NCBI GenBank assembly: GCA_964016885.1
Contig: OZ024742.1
Location: forward strand, 330,398,001-330,462,000
Direction: 5' to 3'
Origin: Eledone cirrhosa
Taxonomy: Eukaryota
DNA: 64,000 nucleotides
Shown: in pieces, positions 1 through 14,694 of the stretch
Layout of the letters: each line of letters starts with the position of its first letter
Numbering within the stretch: position 1 is the stretch's first letter
Notes under the pieces: model-generated
Databases searched by the model: none
Told to the model about the DNA's origin: nothing
What the model saw: the letters and a program-made list of their open reading frames with translations, nothing else
Made by a program: the position numbers and the translations under genes

Positions 1-14
1 TTCTATATATCTCA

Positions 15-510
15 ATGTGTACTTAGTACTCAGTGAGATATTTACCTATTTTTATATATTCTCCAATCTATGTAGAGAAAACAATTCGTGGTTGCTTACT
101 GCTATTTTTTTAGCAGCCAAGCCATCAACATTTCTGTAATATTCCCGCTTGCTCTAGTGGCCAGGTCACGTATGGGTCACTTTAACGGCTATAACTCTGG
201 TAGATAGCATTATATTTGCGGACCATGGGACATATGTCCTATAGAAAGGAAATAGCTATCTGATGAAATCTACTTTCCGTTGGAAATTCTCTGAATTTCC
301 AATCATTTGTGGATGGAAACCGCCGGTAATAGCATTACGAACAGGTAGATATTTAAATTATTTTCTGATTTATTTAAAAGAATGTTTGTTTGTTCTGCTC
401 ATCAATGTTTATAGTTCTTGTATCTCGAATTAGTACCATAGAACAACAATTGTATTATAGACACCCTATATATATCTATGTGTACTTAGTACTCAGTGAG
501 ATATTTACCT
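15..510 (+). repeat. Direct repeat pair defining a 463-bp unit that contains the hammerhead (pLTR/retrozyme-like)
   Basis: ATGTGTACTTAGTACTCAGTGAGATATTTACCT is identical at 15-47 and 478-510; the second copy runs into (TA)n. Confidence 0.75.
255..333 (+). ncRNA. Type I hammerhead ribozyme motif with extended stem II
   Basis: Stem I GCTAT(255-259)/ATAGC(329-333); core CTGATGA 260-266; stem II ATCTAC/GTGGAT enclosing TTGGAAATT/AATTTCCAA; GAAA 316-319; stem III ACC-gcc-GGT; GUA cleavage triplet at 326-328. Confidence 0.85.
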
Positions 511-511
511 C

Positions 512-724
<213 letters not shown>

Positions 725-1543
725 CACGTACTCAAATGAATTGATATCCACACACTCGGTGGGGATAAGATTCAAAATTATTATTGAATGTTTAATTAAT
801 TTATTATTATTATGAGAATAGGATTCTCTTAATGATCTTCAGTAACGAAATAGATTTTCCGGCATACGAGAGGGAGCGATGACTCAATCATTATGTTTAA
901 TGAAATCGTACTAGCAGTTATATAGTGCATTCCTTCGGCGATATATTGTTTAAAATAGACAATCTAAAGTAACCAAGAATTAGGACATCTTGTCTGTTTT
1001 ATTTTCCATACAATTTCATGCCTTTATCAAATTGTTCACGTAGGAATTAACAACGAATACATTGTGGGTATATATTACAATTTCTGAATTAATCCTCCCA
1101 TTAATAGACAGGGCTAAACCAGTTTAATTCTATCGCAAGATACGTGTTGTGGTGATTTAGTGAGGAATGCATTAAGGTAAAAATGGATTACAAGAAGAAA
1201 ATATAATTCCATCTACTCACGTGTAAAGCAATATCATTCAGAATGTGGTGTCTAAATCGAAAGGAAAAGAAAATCGACAATTACTTTATCAGATGTTGTC
1301 ATCAAATTAAATGTTGAAAGCCATTATACATTTCTTTGATCTCATTACACGTTTCAGCAAGGATTAGAGAGATTCTACTGCACTTAGTAATCAGAGCATA
1401 ATCATATTTGTTAGCACCAAACGTCTGAAGAGGGGCGCATTTGGCGGTTATTTTGTGTATATAATCTTTCTCGGTCTCTCACACTTTCTCTCTCTCTATC
1501 TACCACTACCTTATTCTCTCTCTCTCTCTCTCCCCCCCCCCTC

Positions 1544-1619
<76 letters not shown>

Positions 1620-1779
1620 TATATAAGGCAGAAATAAATGGTTGTACATACGTTTAAGGAGTTCGTCCCGTGACAATAGAGTCTCTGGTTCAGCACCATG
1701 GCGCAGTATCTTTTACTAGAGTATCAGATTCAGCAATACTTTGGAAGATAAAATAGGGAGACGTGAAAAATAACAATTA

Positions 1780-1812
<33 letters not shown>

Positions 1813-2254
1813 CATATGTATATATGTGTGTGTGAGCGTGTGCATTTTCATGCGAGTGTGTGCACGTGTGAATGTGTGATGCGAGATTATGGTGGTGTTA
1901 GTGCGGTTGATTTCCCGTAACGTAACGGTTTTCGATACGTGGGATAAAAAAAATATGTTCTCTTAAAAAAATATAGAAGTGCCAACTTAATCGACTAAAC
2001 AAGGTGGTCCTCTAACATGACCGCAGCTTAATGACAGAATCAAGTAAATGAGTAAGTTAGTCTACATATTCAAACTGACATACTCATGCGATACAAATTT
2101 ACTCACTCATACACACATACGCACAACGACGCACACACGCATACACACACTCAGACACACACTTATGTATATATATATATATAGAGAGAGAGAGAGACGT
2201 AGAAATATAGATTGATATATAGTTTTATAGATAGATACAATAACAGATAGTTAA

Positions 2255-2256
<2 letters not shown>

Positions 2257-2296
<40 letters not shown>
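2257..2296. repeat. (GATA)n microsatellite at the 3' end of Tx1 copy A
   Basis: GATA tandem lying directly beyond the element's AATAAA-AGAAAC 3' end on the minus strand. Confidence 0.95.
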
Positions 2297-2297
<1 letters not shown>

Positions 2298-2562
2298 TGT
2301 TTCTTTTATTTGCCACCAGGGCATCAAAAGTGGGACAAGTACAATGGGGGGAGTTTACAAAACAAGGCGTCCTCAATAAGGAGGAGGCAATAACAATATA
2401 TAAAAATAAAATAAAATATAACAAAAAAATAAAATTTAGAACAAAGTCCTCAATAGAGAGGAGGCGCCTTGGGGGGTCGCACACACCCCCGAAAAAAGTG
2501 TGCAACCCTTCTCCTCAGGAGCACAGAGAAGGGGTGCTCCCTTGGTCTTTCATCTTCCTCAC

Positions 2563-5500
2563 CTATAGTCTGATGTAGAGTGAAGGCCCATTCACACGGG
2601 CCATTCTCGCCACTTTCACCCATCTTTCATAGAAACGGCTGGGGTGCAGCACCTCTCTCTCCATCCTGATCCTTCTTCCGAAATGATATCGGAAGAAACG
2701 GACCAGTTGTTGGCCAGAGAGAAAGGTGTCTGACCTCAGTCCTTTCAGACGCGTCCACCATACAACCTCTTTCGCCATGGCTATTACGCACAGAAACACC
2801 GCCTCTCCTTCGTTTTTGAAGAGGGGAGGCGGCTTGATCGTTACAATAGACTCGGTGGTCAACCGGATCGGTCCCACCCTTGACAGCAGTTTTCGACATA
2901 GCCCCACAGATCGGCAATGCCCGAGCAGTGTACCAATGCGTGTGCAACGGTTTCCTCGTCACACACGCATCTGGGACAGACCTTTTTCGATGGGTCCCTA
3001 CCCGGGCGCCCGTGTCTGTAGAGCCTTTCTCGAACGGGCAGAGCCCTCTGTAGCATTGCCAGGCCAGGGACCTCTGGAAGTTATCCATCGGTCCCGGGCT
3101 GAATGTCCTACCGAACAGGTTGGCCAGTTCGTCTTCCTCCATGCCTAGGGCTTCTCCGAGGGGGTCGTCGCACCTGCTAACCACCAGCCCTCTATAGAAT
3201 GACGAGGTGGATTCTCCACTGACAGCCGGGTCCGCCTGCCAGAGAGCCGTGAGCGCCTGGGCACACTCGGTGTGCCAGACGCCCAGTTTTCTCGGTCTTT
3301 GCTTGACCCAGGATTGCAGCTCGGTGAGTGAGACGAGTCTGGGCAAGGCTCGCCTCACAAACGGGGCCCACACCGGTTGACCGGAGAGGAATACCTGAAG
3401 GTGCCGTAGCCTTAATGCGTGTTTACGTATCATCAGCCACGGCATCCCCAGCCCTCCTTTCGAAGGGTGTTGACAGCAGATGGATCTCCTCACCATAGGA
3501 GCCCGCTTCTTCCAAAGGAATTGGAAGAATGCGCGCTCCATTTTGGCGAACGTTTCCCTTGGGCAAGGCACCACGGTCAGGCGGTAGTAGATGACGGACG
3601 CTATATAAGTGTTCGCCACCTCCGCCGGACCTTTCAGGGACAGATTGCACTCGGCCCACTTCTGGGTCAGTGCAAACACCCTGCTCGTCACCTCACCCCA
3701 GTTCTTCTCCACCTGGAGGTCTGGTCCGAACCAGACCCCGAGCAACTTCACCGGGCCCTCCGTCCAGCGCCCGACGACGCCATCGCAGGGCATCGATCTG
3801 CCCCTCCACGTGCCGAGTTGCAGACCGATCGACTTGTCCCGGTTCAGATTAGCCCCTGTAAACCTTTCGTACTCCTCCAGTAAGGTGCCGATCGCCCCGA
3901 TTTCCGAGGCCGTCGACACCATTACTGTTACGTCATCGGCGTAGGCTGGGACCGCTTTCCGCAATCCCGGTTCCAACGGGATGCCCTGCAACAACTCCAA
4001 CTTCCGCAGCAGTGGCTCTAGAGTCACTACATACAGAAGGGAGGAGAGAGGGCACCCCTGTCGGATGGACCGCACGATTTCGAACGGCTCCGAAAGGTAG
4101 CCGTTCACCTTGACCCTAGAGCAGATGCGGCTGCTGTGCATGGCATTGATCCAGCCCCTGAAAAGGGGTCCGAAGCCTGCCGCCGCTAGCACCGCATCCA
4201 GGTAACCATGGTCGACCCTATCGAATGCCTTAGATTGATCCAAGTTGATCAGGGCTCCACCAAAGCCGGGTTAGTTCCCAACCCTCTCTATGATGTATCG
4301 CATGAGGTGGAGGTTATCGTGGATGGACCTGGACGGGATAGCACATGTCTGCGCATCTCCCACCAGGTTGCCCACGACAAGCGCCAACCTCTTTGCTAGC
4401 ACCTTGGCCAAAATCTGTAACTCTGTATTTAGCAGAGTTATGGGCCTGAAATTATTTATATCGTCCCCCTTGTTCTCGTCCTTCCTCACTAGCGTGACTA
4501 CGCCCTTGGTCACAGCGCAGGGAATTCTCCCGTTCTGTTGCCAGTTGCAGTAGACCGCCTCGAGGAGTTCGGGGAACAAGTCCGGCATAGCTAGATATAG
4601 TTCGTATGGAAGACCATCGAGACCCGAGGATTTGCGTTTGCCGCATTGGCTCAGCACGTCCTCTATCTCAGCGGCTGAATTCGGCTCCTCGCAGGACTTC
4701 GCCTCCCTGTCCGAGAGACGCGGCAGGCCGTCGAGGTATGGACCGAAGTCCACGTCCCCAACCGGCCCCCCGCTCCTTCCGAACAATTCGGCAAAGTGCT
4801 TTTGAAAAGCCTCGCACATCTGCTTAGGTTCAAGGATCACCCATCCATCCTGGTCTCGCAAAGACCGATAGTGGATCTGCTCCCTCTTTTGGCTTGTCAC
4901 GCGGCCCTAACAGCTTTGGTCCCCTCGTTTCCCAGAGCACGTATTTTGTTCGGACGATGCAGCCTTCGTGTTTCGCGTAGAAGAACTGGCCCAGGGCCGT
5001 TCTCGACGCTAGCACTCTGGCCACGTCGCCGCTTCTAATTGCCTCTTCTACACTATCTACCAACTCCCTTTCCTTCCTATTTCTATTGGAGGCTAACTCC
5101 TTACTAAATTCTATAGAGACTACTCTAATCTCTCTTTTGAGAGATCCCCACCACCTGCTGTTGACGATGGCGCCCGTCAACCGCTCCTTAGCTAAAGTGC
5201 TAATCCGGTTCCTGTAAGCCTTACTTGCCGGTAAGGACAAGTTGAGCTTCCAGTAACCGGGTCCCTGTCTATGAGTTCTGTCAAGGTTGACCATGCAGGT
5301 CACTAATTTGTGGTCTGAATAGCCAACCATGCGCATTTTTGGACAACTTAAAAAGTCCTTATCCTTAATTCTAACTAAGAACCTATCTAGGTACGACCTA
5401 GATGTTCCGCTACGATTTGCCCAAGTCCAGGTTGGCGCAGTCGGAAAATCTCGTCGATATCTATCGGCCAGGTCAAATCGACCGATTAACCCTTTGAGGG

Positions 5501-5990
5501 TATTACACCTCTCTCTATCGGGACAGGCCCCTACGTAGTCCCAGCGTGCATCTAGGATACCATTCCAGTCCCCCACTAATAGCAAGGAGCGGGACATCCC
5601 TACAAAAGTCTCCAGACGACGGAAGAAGTCCGGCCGCATTGACCCGAAAGGGCCGAAGGCGGCTACCAACCTAAACGCTCCGCCTTTACCACTGCCAAGG
5701 TCCAGAACCACTAGTCGACCCTCCGGGTCCAAATGTACCATCTGTGTTGCGAGACCCAGATGTTTTTGCAGCAGAACGACAACTCCACCCCCACCTCCGG
5801 GCTGACAGAGAGATGCGTGCATCTCAAAGTCATCAAAGGTGGGGGCCAGCTGTCGCACGTTGCTGATTCGGGCCTCGCAAATAACCATCACATCTATACG
5901 TTGTGACCTGAGGTCATTTAGAAGCATTGCTTGCTTCCAAGTTGAGCCCAGGCCACGCGCATTTAAACAGCCTACTCTTAGCATAGCCAT
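2563..5990 (-). pseudogene. Tx1 ORF2 (AP endonuclease, reverse transcriptase, zinc finger), frameshifted
   Basis: Consecutive track ORFs: 4830-6014 (LNARGL, GDWN, SYLDR, SDH = APE); 4271-4900 (GLDGLP, FRPITLLN); 2627-4243 (DQSKAFDRVDH, RQGCPLS, YADD); 2859-3056 (CPRC...H...C); 2563-2907 (C-terminus). ATG at 5990. Confidence 0.93.
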
Positions 5991-6014
5991 GTTGGTGGTG
6001 AAGAGAAAAGGCAC

Positions 6015-7565
6015 TTACCTCTCTGCGTCCCGGGTAACGGGCTGCACAATTTCCATTAGGGTGGGGGATGGGTTGTTGGGTGGGGTGGTGGTTTGTGGAA
6101 GTGTAGGGGCATCAGTGTGTTGTGTGGTTGGGGAGCTTGGAGTTGTGTGGGTGTTTGGGGAGGTGGTGGGATAGTTTTTTAGGAGGACGCGGTTAATGGG
6201 CCCGACACAGGGGGGACCCACGTCCTCTTTAAAATTGTTTTTTAAAGTTTTATAGGTGTCCTGTGGGGCCTTAATCATTTTGAGGCGGGGGAAATCCCCT
6301 GCCTGGGTGAAGTTAGGCCCTTGTGTTTTTATTAGATTGTTGTTGTACACAATGTTTAACAGTTTTTTGTTTCTTGTGTTTATGTATGTGTATGCATGTT
6401 TTTGTTTTTGTGTGGTGTTTTTTGTTTGCTGTTGTTGTGAGCTCTTTTGTGTTGGTGTCAGTGTTATGTTTTGGGGAGGGGTTGTTTTCATTTGTGTGTC
6501 TGAGGTGTGTTTTCTTTTTTTTCTTTTGATTGTGTGGAAGTGCTCCTCCTCGTCTGACGACGAACTAGGGTCATCTTCCGCGTTGGAGGGGAGGGGTATA
6601 TTTTCGGGTTGTGTTTGCGGTACGGGTGTTTTGGAAATTGTTTTTGTTTTTTGAGTGGGGGGGATGGGTTGGACATTGTTTTGTTTTGGTTTGAGCTGTG
6701 GTGGTTGTTTTTGTAGTGGTAGTTGTGGTGATTGTGTTGGTTGTGCAGTTGTTGGTGGTGTAGGCAGGATTGGGGTTTTCTTATTAAGTTGGGTACAGAC
6801 AGCCCTCAGGTGACCTCTGGTTCCGCAGAGGTAACACGAGGGCCGTCTACCCTCAACGGTAATGTTAATGAAGGTTAGATCATCCAGTATGACGCGTTCA
6901 GGGATCTGGGCGATCCTTTCGGGCCTCATTTGAACTACAAGTTCGAGGCTCGTTCCACTGAACGCGTCACCCGATGCTTTTCCCATGGACACCAGCATGT
7001 CATCCTCCAGGTCCAGGAAACCTGTCAAAACCCACCATATGTCCATAATCGGCAGGATGGTGTGGGTTTTTATTTTTTGTGTTCTTCTACCCATGTACGT
7101 AGGGTAGAAGGTGTATGCGGTGGATGTGATTGGTTTGATGGACAGTTTCACTGCTGTGTCCCTGTCCTTCATGAGAATGGATAGACTCCCGTAGAGTCTA
7201 TCCTTCTGAATGAAGGTGATGTCCTTCATGACGTCTTTTAAAACCAGCTCTATCTCACTCTGTGATGGTTGAGCTGGTTTTTTACTTTTTTTCGAGATTG
7301 TCCTAAACATGACCGTGTTTAGGAGTCTCTGGCTTTTTAGTTCCGGGGGGGAATGGATTGTGAATGAACCATTTTCTCTGTACACTATATATTTTTTCGC
7401 ATCTGCCAGTAGCTCCTTCGCTTTGGTTATATCTACTGGCAGATAGTCGAGGGTTTTCCTTGTCGTCTCGGCGAAGGAGAAATTTTGTTTGTTTGCGTTG
7501 TCGTTGTCGTTGGTGGTGTTGTTGTTATCATTGTTGTTGTCACCGTTATTGGTCTTAATGGTTAT
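6015..7565 (-). CDS. Tx1 ORF1 (gag-like nucleic-acid chaperone with zinc knuckle)
   Basis: 456-aa track ORF with CYLCGTRGHLRAVC (CX2CX4HX4C), then Pro/Thr/Gln-rich, acidic and KRKKRK segments. Manual translation shows the frame stays open upstream of the GTG at 7385 to 7565, with no ATG. Confidence 0.85.
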   Translation of the reverse strand: MTIKTNNGDNNNDNNNTTNDNDNANKQNFSFAETTRKTLDYLPVDITKAKELLADAKKYIVYRENGSFTIHSPPELKSQRLLNTVMFRTISKKSKKPAQPSQSEIELVLKDVMKDITFIQKDRLYGSLSILMKDRDTAVKLSIKPITSTAYTFYPTYMGRRTQKIKTHTILPIMDIWWVLTGFLDLEDDMLVSMGKASGDAFSGTSLELVVQMRPERIAQIPERVILDDLTFINITVEGRRPSCYLCGTRGHLRAVCTQLNKKTPILPTPPTTAQPTQSPQLPLQKQPPQLKPKQNNVQPIPPTQKTKTISKTPVPQTQPENIPLPSNAEDDPSSSSDEEEHFHTIKRKKRKHTSDTQMKTTPPQNITLTPTQKSSQQQQTKNTTQKQKHAYTYINTRNKKLLNIVYNNNLIKTQGPNFTQAGDFPRLKMIKAPQDTYKTLKNNFKEDVGPPCVGPINRVLLKNYPTTSPNTHTTPSSPTTQHTDAPTLPQTTTPPNNPSPTLMEIVQPVTRDAER

Positions 7566-8559
7566 TCAATGGTCGTAGGTTTGTTTATATATTGTAGAAA
7601 TACATGGTAGATTGTATTCCCTGAATGATTTATATTTATTAGTAGATGTTATTTATTCCTGTGTGAGATGTTATAGTCATGCCACTGGAATTAATAAACT
7701 CGTTAGTCTTTTTCCACTTGGTTTTCTCCAGAAACAAATCTAACAAACGTTCGTTAGTGTTTTTGCGGGCTAAAAATGTGCAGTAAATCCTAATTATATT
7801 TATGTACATACCATTGCATTGATTATTCCCCCCACTACGCTAAACATTCAATCACTATTCAGAAAACAATATACCTCATATACATGATACTCTTTCGAAA
7901 GTTTTCCTTATCATATTGAAAGCCATACTGACACTACTTTAACCATCTCTCTATCACAATAAGAATAGATTCTCACAACAGGATTGGAAACTCACATATT
8001 AGTAAAATCAAATAATTATACTCGTATTTACTAAGATTGCCTAGTACCTTGTTTCTGCGCTGTAATAGTCTGCTTTGCTCCCGGGCAAAATGCACATAGA
8101 ATCACACCTGTACAATCTCCAAATAGCCCTACGTTTTGGTCTAATGAAGGAGCATATGTGTTTATATTTAACATTCAAACTCCTCCACCAAATCCTTACC
8201 CATGAAGTTAATAAAGAGCAATTAAAAAAGGAACATTATCATTATACCTAAACATTTTAAGTTGCAATTATAATAACCGAATGTCTCTTTTAACAAGTAT
8301 TTATGAAACGTTCATATTCTAGGCGGTTACTCCACTGGATATTCATTAGTTATTGTTAGTCCCCACAATAGCCTCTTCAAAATGTTTATAGGCTGGCTAT
8401 GATGGAACGGGGAATAGCTGTGGAATCTGGCATGAGATAATTTCAACTCTTCTTGCATTGCATCTTTTTCAGGTAAACTGATATCTAACTGTTCATGGAA
8501 GACTTCAAATGTAATTAGAAGCGAATTCTCTTTGGGAAGGAGAACACTTGTTACCATGG

Positions 8560-9657
<1,098 letters not shown>

Positions 9658-9667
9658 ATATATAAAC

Positions 9668-9699
<32 letters not shown>

Positions 9700-9973
9700 A
9701 TGTGTGCGTGTGTGTGTGTGTATGTGTGTGTGTGTGTGTGTGTGCCTGTCATGGGTAAACAGAAATAATAATGTAATGAAAGAAACGGCACAAAATATAG
9801 ACGAAATATATTAGTTTAACGCTTAACATTTCAGAAAGAGATTATTAATGTCACGGGCACTTTTCCTTTATAAGATGATAAAGATAGAAATAGAAAATAA
9901 AGATAACGTAAAATAAACACACACATGCGTATTCAGTCGGACACACATACATACACACATACACACACGCACA

Positions 9974-10054
<81 letters not shown>

Positions 10055-10084
10055 ACGCACACACACACACACACACATAGACAC

Positions 10085-10151
<67 letters not shown>

Positions 10152-10909
10152 AATATATATAAATATATATAATTGGATTCTGAAGTTTCCGTTTACGATA
10201 TAAAATGTAAATTCTTTCAGAGTTATTTACGAATTAGTGGTTTTCGAAAGATCTTACCCTCGCATGTGTGGAAATATGTCAGTACGACAACAAATAATTG
10301 AGACGAATATTTCAGAGTGTAGAATGATTGTGTCATAGTCCTATGGTCTCCAATTCGTTTCCTGCCAGAGCTTTTTGTCTATGAACAAGAAATATTTTTG
10401 TTATTTTACTCAAATATGTAGCTTTCAGATTCCTTGGCATTAATCCTATGTTTATACTTGTATTTGGCATGTTCGGATACTTGCCCGTTATTTGACGAAA
10501 GGACCATTCCATTGAACAATCATCCAACGTAGGGCCAGCCGTATGTCAGGCAGACACATGATGTCCAGGAATGAATGGATTACAAAAAAAACAATGTAAC
10601 AGAAACGTTGGCGCCATGAAGGAAGCGCATGGCATGTATACACTTGATGTAAGTAAAGTGTGCTTGAAATATATGTAAGGTGAAGCTACAAGCTGGGCGT
10701 TCTTTGCCATGTGATAAAGTCGTTGACATATTTCTGCTGGTCTCTTGATGTATACCCAAGAGACATCGGACATTCTTCTCAATGAGATTTCAAATATACA
10801 TGTTTATTTAGATCACGCTTTCAATATACGTATATGTATATAAATATATATATATATATACAGACTCACATACACACAAACACGCACACGCACACACACA
10901 CATATACAT

Positions 10910-11040
<131 letters not shown>

Positions 11041-11966
11041 GCAATTACGTACCAACACATCATGAAGCATCTTGTTTAGCGAAACATAAATACCGAATTA
11101 AATCCTATATCCAAATGTAAAGAAATTATTTCAACAGATGTTACAAATTCCAAGTCTCTTGCTACATTAGCAATCTATGTCTTTTTATGTATGCGTGTTT
11201 GTGCATACATAAAAGTAGCAAAGCACTCATTCATGCGGGGAGACAGACACATACACACCCACATACATGTGTACATATGTGTGTGTAAGTATGCATTCAT
11301 AAGTCCTTTTCTCTCTCTCACTCTGTTTGTTTCTATGTCTCCCATTCTGGGTACATAGACACACACAAACATACACACATAAATATACACATAATCTGTG
11401 TATATATATATAAATATATATAAAATGTTACGGATTGAATAGAGGAGATAATATTGACGGTATTTCTAACAGGGCTAAGAACATAGTTGTTCTCTCAGCA
11501 GTACATTTAGAAAACCTTCTATAAAAGGTGTACCGGTTGATGTAAGAAAATACGATTGAATATATGTATTTAATTATTTAATTGTAGTTAGTTTATGGTA
11601 GCAAACGGGCTTTACAGTTCATCTCTAATGAGTGAATATTTTTATAAGGTGGTTGTGAATTTTAAAATTAATTCCTAACAATGGAAAAATCAACGTAAAT
11701 AAATGCTTCATTTGGAATTTAATACCACCTCCTCAAGTATAGCTATGTTCAAATACTTTCTAGCCATGATCATGCAGATATTCTTACAATATATCAAAGA
11801 TCATATTCTCTCAGGTGACATTAATTTCTATTCCTATTAAAGCGTAATTTGTGAGTTTAAATTTTGCTAATATTTCTAGTGTCTTACGTAACTACAAATA
11901 ATCACCAATATTTTATCTGTCGGTTATTCCTATATCATGTTAGTGAAACAATAAACATAATTTGCT

Positions 11967-12068
<102 letters not shown>

Positions 12069-12208
12069 CCAGACTCACACACATACACAAACGAATATAT
12101 ATGTATATATATATATATTAAAGGAAACAAAACTAACACGGCAATGAAGAGTTGTCGGTATGATGCATTGATAATCAGGTTTTTCTCCATTTAGTTGTTT
12201 CATACCCC

Positions 12209-12320
12209 CATATCTAATTTCATTAGCAAAAATTACGGTGAGAGATTCTATTTATATATATATATATATATATATAAATAGAATCTCTCACCGTAATTTT
12301 TGCTAATGAAATTAGATATG
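12209..12320. repeat. Perfect 112-bp palindrome centred on (TA)n
   Basis: CATATCTAATTTCATTAGCAAAAATTACGGTGAGAGATTCTATT-(TA)n, followed by its exact reverse complement. Confidence 0.95.
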
Positions 12321-12551
12321 AATCTAGAAGCAGTTTAGGTATGATACATCTTATTACTAATTATATCTAAATGTTTCTTCTCTCTTCATAATGTACTTTT
12401 AGCTCTGATACTGGTTCAGTCTAATCCATTCGGATTGGTTTGTCCCAGTTATTCATAGAGCAACATCGGTTAAGGTTGGCACCATTAACTCAAGGATGGA
12501 TGTGGATATATTCATGTATACGTGTGTGTCCGCATGTATCTGTGGGTTTCT

Positions 12552-12638
<87 letters not shown>

Positions 12639-12752
12639 CATATATATATAGGGAATGTAAGTTGGAGTTACTGCAAGTTCACCCGGTTGAGCACTCGATG
12701 TTTAAGTTCACTTCTGAGGGGTAGAGCTAAACACAGTGTAATATATTAATTT

Positions 12753-12899
<147 letters not shown>

Positions 12900-13060
12900 A
12901 ATTGTAGTTTTATATATATATATATATATTTTTTATAATACAGAAAGTGTGGTAAAGAAACAGTAGGACCAAAACGTACCAGTGTACTCGATACGGAGAA
13001 CAGAGGTCGGATCTAGCCGTTGACAGGGCCGGAGGTCACCCATCGGTGTTCTTTTTCTTT

Positions 13061-13094
<34 letters not shown>

Positions 13095-13149
13095 CATACA
13101 TATGTATACATATATATATAATATGTATATATATGTATATATATATATA

Positions 13150-13221
<72 letters not shown>

Positions 13222-13320
13222 CATATATATATATATGTATATATATATATACATATATATATTTATATATATATATACATATATATTATATATATATATA
13301 TACATATATATAGATATGTA

Positions 13321-13372
<52 letters not shown>

Positions 13373-13386
13373 TATTATATATATAC

Positions 13387-13438
<52 letters not shown>

Positions 13439-13477
13439 TGTGTGTGTGGGTATATGTGAGTCTGTGTGTGTGTATTT

Positions 13478-13580
13478 GTTTCTACTTTTGGCACAAGGCC
13501 AGTAATTATCCTGTACATTACTGGTACCTTATTTTATCGGCCCTGTCAGGATGAAAGACAAATGTAACCTCCGCAGGATT
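13478..13580 (-). mobile_element. Partial OK-like SINE, 3' half
   Basis: The reverse complement matches the 3' half of the SINE at 50648-50832 (TTTCATCCT...CGATAAAATAAGGTACCAGTAATG...TGGCCTTGTGCCAAAAGTAGAAAC). Confidence 0.7.
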
Positions 13581-13951
13581 ATTTAAATATATATGTATAT
13601 ATATATATTGTTATACTTTGGGAGGGTCATGTTGCCAATAAGAAAAACACGCACCAGTTGCTTTCACTTCAATTTAATTTATCATATATTTATAAATTTA
13701 CAAATTTATAAATTTCTGGTTGGTTGGTTAGTTCCACAACCAGATAGTTGTTTATATATATATAGTCATAGTTCTTTCGTCACACACTCTGTGACCTCTT
13801 CAGTGACTGGGGATTTCTTTCTTCGTTTCTGTGCCTTTCCTTTCTTCTATCCTACGCCATTTTCAGAAAAAGTATAACAATATCGGTTTCAACACACGAT
13901 TTCAGATAAAGAATCTTGCTAAACAAATTCAGAAACGAAATATATATATAT

Positions 13952-14139
<188 letters not shown>

Positions 14140-14627
14140 CTAAGGCGGGTAAAATTCCCGAGATCCATGGACGAGTACTCTCCAGCGGTCTCTGTCCCTC
14201 ATTATCGCTGCCATATCCTGCATCTCCAACAGACCAGTGTCTGTCCTTAGGGCATCAACATATGTTAACCTTGGTCTTCCTCTTCTAATGTGTCCATGTA
14301 GGGGCTCCCAAAGGAGCACTGAGTGCAATGTCAACTCTGGATGTCGGTGAGCATGTCCCGCCAACCTCAGTCTCCTCTGTGTCACTTTTGAGCTGACTTT
14401 TGGGATGTTCCCATACAGCTCTGAGTTTTTCATCCTCAGTGTATACTGATTAATGTTCAGAGCCATCCTCAGCATTCTCGTGTAGCACCCATCCACCATC
14501 TGAGTGAGTCTCTTGGTCAGTGTCCAAGTCTCAGACCCATACAGCAGCACAAACTCCACTACAGCAATGAAGAGGCGGATTTTCAGGTCTCTACGAAGGT
14601 CCGACTTCCACACCGATCTCAAGCTGT
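14140..14627 (-). mobile_element. 5'-truncated RTE-type LINE, RT C-terminus, embedded in (TA)n
   Basis: KIRLFIAVVEFVLLYGSETWTLT...RRLRLAGH...[10 protein letters not shown] is a typical RTE-group post-RT region. The frame is open; TA-rich repeats flank both sides. Confidence 0.88.
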
Positions 14628-14694
14628 GACATATATATACATACATATACATATATATACATATATGTACTTATATATACATATATATATAGTA

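Larger units (their letters stand above)
2297..7565 (-). mobile_element. Tx1-clade (L1 group) non-LTR retrotransposon, copy A, near full length
   Basis: ORF1 with CCHC knuckle, then ORF2 with APE + RT + C-terminal CCHC, then a 3' UTR ending in AATAAA and (TATC)n. GC content is clearly higher than the flanks. The 5' boundary is not resolved. Confidence 0.93.

Noticed and set aside
2726-6654. Plus-strand ORFs overlapping Tx1 copy A (and antisense ORFs over copy B and the Dong-like element)
   Set aside because: Antisense shadows of GC-richer retroelement coding sequence, with no recognisable motifs.
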